Source of the DNA: Rhodoferax sp.
Lineage (GTDB): Bacteria; Pseudomonadota; Gammaproteobacteria; Burkholderiales; Burkholderiaceae_C
Direction of reading: 5' to 3'
Length of the DNA: 51,457 nt
Assembly: GCA_031417575.1 (NCBI GenBank)
Contig: JANOVW010000050.1
Span: 1 to 51,457 of the forward strand
Positions within the stretch are counted from its first letter, which is position 1; every line of letters starts with the position of its first letter. The translations under genes and the position numbers were made by a program. This document shows positions 46,730-51,457 of this stretch, in pieces. Below the pieces are notes generated by a model. It was not told the DNA's origin and ran no database searches. It worked only from the letters and a program-made list of their open reading frames with translations.

Positions 46730-47884
46730 TCAGGGCAACGGAATCAAAATCTCAAAATCGGTACGGCCCGGCTCGCTATCAACCCCGATCGTGCCGTGGT
46801 GCTGTTGCACAAAGGTTTGTGCCAACGTCAACCCCAAGCCAGAACCACCATCGCGCCCACTCACCAGCGGGTAGAAGATGCGCTCCTTGATCGAGTCTGG
46901 TACGCCAGGCCCGTTGTCTATGACATGCAATTCCAATGCCAATCTGTAGCGCTGTTTTCCAAACGTCACCTGCCGGGCAATTCGCGTCTTGAAGGTAACC
47001 ATCGCGCAAGCGGCACCGGGGTCAGTTTTGCCGTCCCCATCCAGCGCCGCTGCCTCGCTTATTTTGTCGGCCAGTGCCTGACAAGCGTTGTGGGCGATGT
47101 TCAGCACGGTTTGAATCAGTTGTTCTCGATCACCCCGGAACTCCGGGATCGAGGTGTCGTAATCGCGCACCACACGCAAACCTTTTGGAAATTCCGCCAA
47201 AATCAGAGAGCGGACCCGCTCGCACACCTCGTGAATGTTCACATCACCCACCAAGTGCGGGCGTCGGTGCGGTGCCAGCAGGCTGTCGACCAAGGTTTGC
47301 AACCGATCCGCCTCGCGAATGATGACCTGGGTGTATTCGCGCATTTCACGGGTTTGCAAATCCATTTCGAGCAACTGAGCGGCGCCCCGAATGCCACCCA
47401 GCGGGTTTTTGATTTCATGCGCCAGGTTTCGTATCAGCTCCTTGTTGGCCTCGGCCTGCTCAGCCAGTCGCTCTTCGCGGTCTAGTTTGACCTGTTGCTC
47501 CAACGGCAGCATTTCGACTACGATTTCATCCACTTGGTCAGTCTGCGTGACGATTACATGCACCAAAATAGGCTCGTGGTTCTGGGCTTGCCCGGCGCGT
47601 TTGAGCCAGGCGTCGTAACGCAATGCAGCAAAAGCATTGCCACCCGCGCCTTTTAGCGCTTGCTCCAGCACTGCGGGTTCAGTAAAACTGGCCGCCAACG
47701 ACATGCCCTGAATCTGGCGACGTGAAACACCCAAAGCATCTTCCAGCGCGGTGTTGGCAAACAATACGCGGCCTTCCAGCGTAACGACCGCGACCAGCGT
47801 GGCCAGCAGTTCAAACGAGAGAAACCGCTCGCTTCGGGGGGTGGGTTGCGCAGCGTATTTGCGGCGGTTTTTAAAGGTGTTCAA
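46730..47884 (-). CDS. ntrB: nitrogen regulation sensor kinase NtrB
   Basis: PAS domain, H-box LAHEIKNPLGGIRGAAQLL, and an HATPase domain. TTG start. Confidence 0.93.
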   Translation of the reverse strand: MNTFKNRRKYAAQPTPRSERFLSFELLATLVAVVTLEGRVLFANTALEDALGVSRRQIQGMSLAASFTEPAVLEQALKGAGGNAFAALRYDAWLKRAGQAQNHEPILVHVIVTQTDQVDEIVVEMLPLEQQVKLDREERLAEQAEANKELIRNLAHEIKNPLGGIRGAAQLLEMDLQTREMREYTQVIIREADRLQTLVDSLLAPHRRPHLVGDVNIHEVCERVRSLILAEFPKGLRVVRDYDTSIPEFRGDREQLIQTVLNIAHNACQALADKISEAAALDGDGKTDPGAACAMVTFKTRIARQVTFGKQRYRLALELHVIDNGPGVPDSIKERIFYPLVSGRDGGSGLGLTLAQTFVQQHHGTIGVDSEPGRTDFEILIPLP

Positions 47885-47965
47885 GCGGCTATTTTGCCGC
47901 AGATGACCAGGGCCTTGAAGGCCGACGGGTCATTCATGGTTGCCGCAAAAACCCAAACTTTTGGC

Positions 47966-48496
47966 TTAACGTGAAGCTGAACTCGCGGGCAAACGACTGA
48001 GTTCACGCCGAATGCCGGCGATATCACTGTCGACACGTGCCAAATTGCTCTTGAGTTCGGCAGTGCGGTCGAGGTACTTTTGATAGTTGCGGGCTTCATC
48101 GCCCCGTTTTTCAGGTTCGCCGTTGTTGTATTCACGGCTCAACTCTTCGCGCCGCGCCTCGGCCTTTTTCAATTCCGAATCCAGAATGATGCGGGCGTCT
48201 GAATCACGGCCGCGTTGCTCATTGGCATCTACCCGTTGACCTGGCTGACCACCGGTTTGCGCAGACTGTGGCGCTGCCACCACTTTGACCGGTGAACCGG
48301 GTACCGCATTGGCAGGCGTTTGTACCTTGGTACCCTGCACGATGGTGACGTTGCCGCCCTCAAGCGCCTTGCAGTTATGCGCTTTGGGATCGGTCAGTGA
48401 ATTGGTGTAGTAGTTGTGATCGCACCGGAACAGGCGCTCTTGGGCCATGGAAGGCCCGGCACAGACGACGACAAGTAAAAACAAGAGCGGTTTCAT
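47966..48496 (-). CDS. DUF4124-like periplasmic protein
   Basis: Signal peptide at ATG 48496, then ..LFRCDHNYYTNS.. and a charged coiled coil. It holds the conserved slot between glnA and ntrB. Confidence 0.75.
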   Translation of the reverse strand: MKPLLFLLVVVCAGPSMAQERLFRCDHNYYTNSLTDPKAHNCKALEGGNVTIVQGTKVQTPANAVPGSPVKVVAAPQSAQTGGQPGQRVDANEQRGRDSDARIILDSELKKAEARREELSREYNNGEPEKRGDEARNYQKYLDRTAELKSNLARVDSDIAGIRRELSRLPASSASR

Positions 48497-48575
48497 GCTG
48501 ACGTGCAAGTATGCGCTATTTGTGCAAAATTTCAAAATCAATCCCTTGCCCAGTGCTGGTTGCAAATACCGAATG

Positions 48576-48609
48576 CAAAAACAAAACGGCCTGAACTCCC
48601 GTCCAGGCC
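48576..48609 (-). terminator. intrinsic terminator of glnA
   Basis: On the minus strand: ggcctg-gacgggagtt-caggcc followed by gttttgttttt. Confidence 0.75.
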
Positions 48610-48635
48610 GCCGTGCGAATTGGTATCGACGTGGA

Positions 48636-50051
48636 TTACAGCGAGTAATACATGTCGAATTCAATCGGGTGGGTCGTCATGCGGAAACGCGTCACTTCTT
48701 GCATCTTGAGCTCAATGTAGGCATCAATCATGCTGTCGGAGAACACGCCGCCTTTGGTCAGGAAGCCACGGCTTTTGTCCAGATAATCCAGGGCCTGATC
48801 CAGGCTGTGGCACACGGTTGGCACCAATGCGTCTTCTTCGGGCGGCAGATGGTACAGGTCTTTGCTGGCCGCTTCGCCGGGGTGGATTTTGTTTTCCACA
48901 CCGTCCAGGCCAGCCATCATCAATGCGGTAAAGCCCAGATACGGGTTCATCAGCGGATCGGGGAAACGCGCCTCGATGCGGCGGCCTTTTTCGCTGGGCA
49001 CGTAAGGGATGCGGATCGAAGCCGAGCGGTTGCGGGCCGAATAAGCCAACTTCACAGGGGCCTCAAAACCAGGAACCAGGCGTTTGTAGCTGTTGGTGCC
49101 CGGGTTGGTGATCGCGTTCAGGGCACGCGCGTGTTTGATGATGCCGCCGATGTAATACAGGGCGAAATCAGACAAGCCAGCGTAACCGTTGCCGGCAAAC
49201 AGGTTTTTGCCGTCTTTCCAGATCGACTGGTGCACGTGCATGCCGGAGCCGTTGTCGCCCACCAGTGGTTTGGGCATGAAGGTTGCCGTTTTGCCGTAGG
49301 AGTTGGCGACGTTCCACACCACGTATTTCAGGTTTTGGGTCCAGTCGGCGCGTTGCACCAAGGTGCTGAAACGTGTGCCGATTTCGTTCTGGCCAGCGCC
49401 AGCCACTTCGTGGTGGAACACCTCAACCGGGATGCCCAGGGATTCAAGAACCAGCGAGATTTCAGCGCGCAGGTCTTGCGTGCTGTCGACCGGTGGTACG
49501 GGGAAATAACCACCCTTGACAGTGGGACGATGGCCGCGGTTGCCGCCTTCGATTTTTTTGCTGCTGTTCCAGGGCGCTTCGTATTCGTCAACCTTGACGA
49601 AGGAACCCGACATGTCGGAACCCCAACGTACGTCGTCATAAATAAAGAACTCGGGCTCGGGTCCGAAGTAGGCCGTGTCACCCATGCCGGAAGCCTTGAG
49701 GTAAGCCTCGCCGCGCTTGGCGATGGAGCGGGGGTCGCGGTCATAGGCCTTGCCGTCGCCTGGCTCCAGCACGTCGCACTGGATAAAGACGGTGGTCTCT
49801 TCAAAAAACGGGTCGACATTGGCGGTGTTCGGGTCAGGCATCAGCAACATGTCGGAGGCTTCGATGCCCTTCCAGCCTGCGATGGAGGAGCCGTCAAACG
49901 CATGGCCCGACGTGAACTTGTCTTCATCAAAATGAGAAACGGGCACGGTGACGTGCTGCTCTTTGCCACGGGTATCGGTGAAACGGAAGTCAACAAACTT
50001 GGCTTCGTTTTCTTTCACCATCTTCATCACGTCTGCGACGGTCTTGGCCAT
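48636..50051 (-). CDS. glnA: glutamine synthetase type I
   Basis: [26 protein letters not shown].. and the adenylylation-region motif. AGGAG lies 6 nt upstream of ATG 50051. Confidence 0.97.
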   Translation of the reverse strand: MAKTVADVMKMVKENEAKFVDFRFTDTRGKEQHVTVPVSHFDEDKFTSGHAFDGSSIAGWKGIEASDMLLMPDPNTANVDPFFEETTVFIQCDVLEPGDGKAYDRDPRSIAKRGEAYLKASGMGDTAYFGPEPEFFIYDDVRWGSDMSGSFVKVDEYEAPWNSSKKIEGGNRGHRPTVKGGYFPVPPVDSTQDLRAEISLVLESLGIPVEVFHHEVAGAGQNEIGTRFSTLVQRADWTQNLKYVVWNVANSYGKTATFMPKPLVGDNGSGMHVHQSIWKDGKNLFAGNGYAGLSDFALYYIGGIIKHARALNAITNPGTNSYKRLVPGFEAPVKLAYSARNRSASIRIPYVPSEKGRRIEARFPDPLMNPYLGFTALMMAGLDGVENKIHPGEAASKDLYHLPPEEDALVPTVCHSLDQALDYLDKSRGFLTKGGVFSDSMIDAYIELKMQEVTRFRMTTHPIEFDMYYSL

Positions 50052-50101
50052 CAAATACTCCTGTTGATTAATCTAAAAAGGGAAACCTGTTCTGAAGCGA
50101 A

Positions 50102-50117
50102 CGCAGTTTTTATGCCA
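50102..50117 (-). promoter_or_regulatory. sigma-54 promoter candidate (glnAp2-like)
   Basis: The minus strand reads TGGCATAAAAACTGCG, with GG and GC at canonical -24/-12 spacing. It lies ~50 nt upstream of the glnA ATG. TGCAC half-sites at 50303-50325 are possible NtrC enhancer elements. Confidence 0.6.
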
Positions 50118-50346
50118 CGTTTTTGGGGTCGGTCTGGCGCGGCTTTTTTTATCGACTGGTCGCCGCCATCTGATCGCCAAGCCCCGAATTTTGCCCCAGT
50201 TTCGAGGCGCAGCCTGCTCCAACTAAGCTTTCCCACGCACATTCACGCGATTGAGGGCGTTTTGACAGTCGGCGATTGCCAGTCTCTGATATCACCAAAA
50301 AAGTGCACGAACGGATTTGCACCAAATTAGAGCGACGTTATTATCT

Positions 50347-51237
50347 TTATCGCACCATTTCGGGGCCTAATTTTGCATCGTAGGTCGCCAACCCCGCCAG
50401 CAAGGCCGGATACGCCAACGCGACCAGGGCCGGATCACCCTTGACCCCTAGCTCAATGTGCCGCCCATGCTGCGGATGATCGACGCTGGGCAAGCTGAAC
50501 ACCTTGACCCCCACATGATCACGCTCGATCGCTTCCATCAGGGGCGTGAGTGTGGCCTCCATCTGGCCATACACCACAACTGATTTTTCGATACGGGCCG
50601 ACTGTTGATGCAAATGGGGGTAGTGTGTATCCAGCACCCACGCCATCATCGGCCAAGCCATCACCGGGAACCCCGGAAAGAAATGTACGCCCCCACGCTC
50701 CCCCACTACGTGTGGGTCGCTGCCCCCCAAGGGGGCCCTCGCTGCTTGGGGCGGCCCGGCGCGACGCTCGCTACTTGCCCCCAGTATCGAAAACCCGGCA
50801 ATCTTGTTGTACGGGTTGGGGATCAGCTGCGCGCCTTGCGGAAAAACACCCATGTTCAGGCGGTGCTGGTTGTCTTCGCGTTCGGGTTCGTAGGGTTTGC
50901 CTTGCTCCTGCGCCACATCTTTCATGCGTTCACGAATCAAATCAGCAGCGCCAGGGTGCAAAGCCAGCGGCACACCCAGCGCCCGCGCGGCACATTGGCG
51001 CGTGTGGTCGTCCGGTGTGGCCCCAATGCCACCGGTCGAAAAAACGATGTCACCCGAGGCAAATGCACGTTTCAGGGCCGCTTCAATACGCTCGGGCGAG
51101 TCGCCCACATATTCGGCGTAATCAAGCTGCAACCCTCTTGCGTTCAGCAATTCGATGGTTTTGGGCAGGTGTTTGTCGGCGCGTTTGCCAGACAGGATTT
51201 CGTCGCCAATGATGAGAAGGCCAAATAAGGGTTGCAT
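50347..51237 (-). CDS. CinA-like molybdopterin-binding (MoCF_biosynth) domain protein
   Basis: LLIIGDEILSGKRADKH.. and FSTGGIGATPDDHT motifs. Confidence 0.85.
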   Translation of the reverse strand: MQPLFGLLIIGDEILSGKRADKHLPKTIELLNARGLQLDYAEYVGDSPERIEAALKRAFASGDIVFSTGGIGATPDDHTRQCAARALGVPLALHPGAADLIRERMKDVAQEQGKPYEPEREDNQHRLNMGVFPQGAQLIPNPYNKIAGFSILGASSERRAGPPQAARAPLGGSDPHVVGERGGVHFFPGFPVMAWPMMAWVLDTHYPHLHQQSARIEKSVVVYGQMEATLTPLMEAIERDHVGVKVFSLPSVDHPQHGRHIELGVKGDPALVALAYPALLAGLATYDAKLGPEMVR

Positions 51238-51246
51238 GGTGGATGC

Positions 51247-51457
51247 TCAGAGGGGAAGCAGGGGCGCCGATTGGGTGGTGATGACCAGCGGTTCCGCGGG
51301 CGCTGGCGAAGGTGCAGAAGATGGCGAAAGTGGAGGCGCAGGTGGGGCCGATGCAGCTTGCGCCTTGCGCAAATCCGCCAACGCTGCCAGCGCGTAATGC
51401 GAAAACCAGAGTGAAGAGAATGCAAACACCAAGGTGTAAATCCAGATGGCAAACGGC
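51247..51457 (-). CDS. hypothetical membrane protein with Pro/Ala-rich C-terminus, 5' end outside window
   Basis: The frame is open to the window edge (..PFAIWIYTLVFAFSSLWFSHYAL.. then APPAPPLSPSSAPSPAPAEP). Confidence 0.4.
   Translation of the reverse strand, partial: PFAIWIYTLVFAFSSLWFSHYALAALADLRKAQAASAPPAPPLSPSSAPSPAPAEPLVITTQSAPLLPL

Noticed and set aside
50303-50325. gtgcacgaacggatttgcaccaa upstream of glnA, considered as a full NtrC enhancer site.
   Set aside because: Only TGCAC-type half-sites are present. It does not form the canonical TGCACC-N5-GGTGCA palindrome, so it is kept only as a note under the sigma-54 promoter.

Overview
About 60% GC chromosomal DNA from a betaproteobacterium. 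Gene order (sdhE-gltA; rne/rluC/HAD/Rieske/sppA/maf/yceD; argH-algZR; hemCDXY; glnA-DUF4124-ntrBC) suggests Burkholderiales, probably Comamonadaceae; this is inference. Positions 1-29.3 kb are core housekeeping genes, plus one conserved operon of unknown function (DUF4331-lipoprotein-TPR-HupE/UreJ, 21.8-26.3 kb). Positions 29.4-44.8 kb form a dense island of small envelope and stationary-phase stress genes: three BON/OsmY-like proteins, CsbD, a DUF883-YqjE-YqjK unit, DUF1328, DUF3309, an OsmB-like glycine-zipper lipoprotein, CbpA/CbpM, a collagen-like lipoprotein and other secreted repeat proteins. The island also encodes a CHASE3 histidine kinase, a NarL-type response regulator, an orphan receiver, a GGDEF protein and two Crp/Fnr regulators. 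Positions 45-51.4 kb hold ntrC-ntrB-DUF4124-glnA and a CinA-like gene. I found no rRNA, tRNA, CRISPR, transposase or integrase. The most interesting signal is regulatory. The heptad GTCCTAC, usually arranged 7-2-7 as GTAGGAC-NN-GTCCTAC, occurs only in four promoter regions of the island. It shows exact 45-nt phasing to (C/G)ATACT boxes, and two promoters share a collinear ~110-nt module. This suggests an undescribed locally encoded regulon, possibly run by the adjacent two-component system. Secondary signals are three AT-rich (~25-30% GC by eye) 140-170 bp segments. Two lie at synteny or island junctions and one is in frame in the sppA 5' end.
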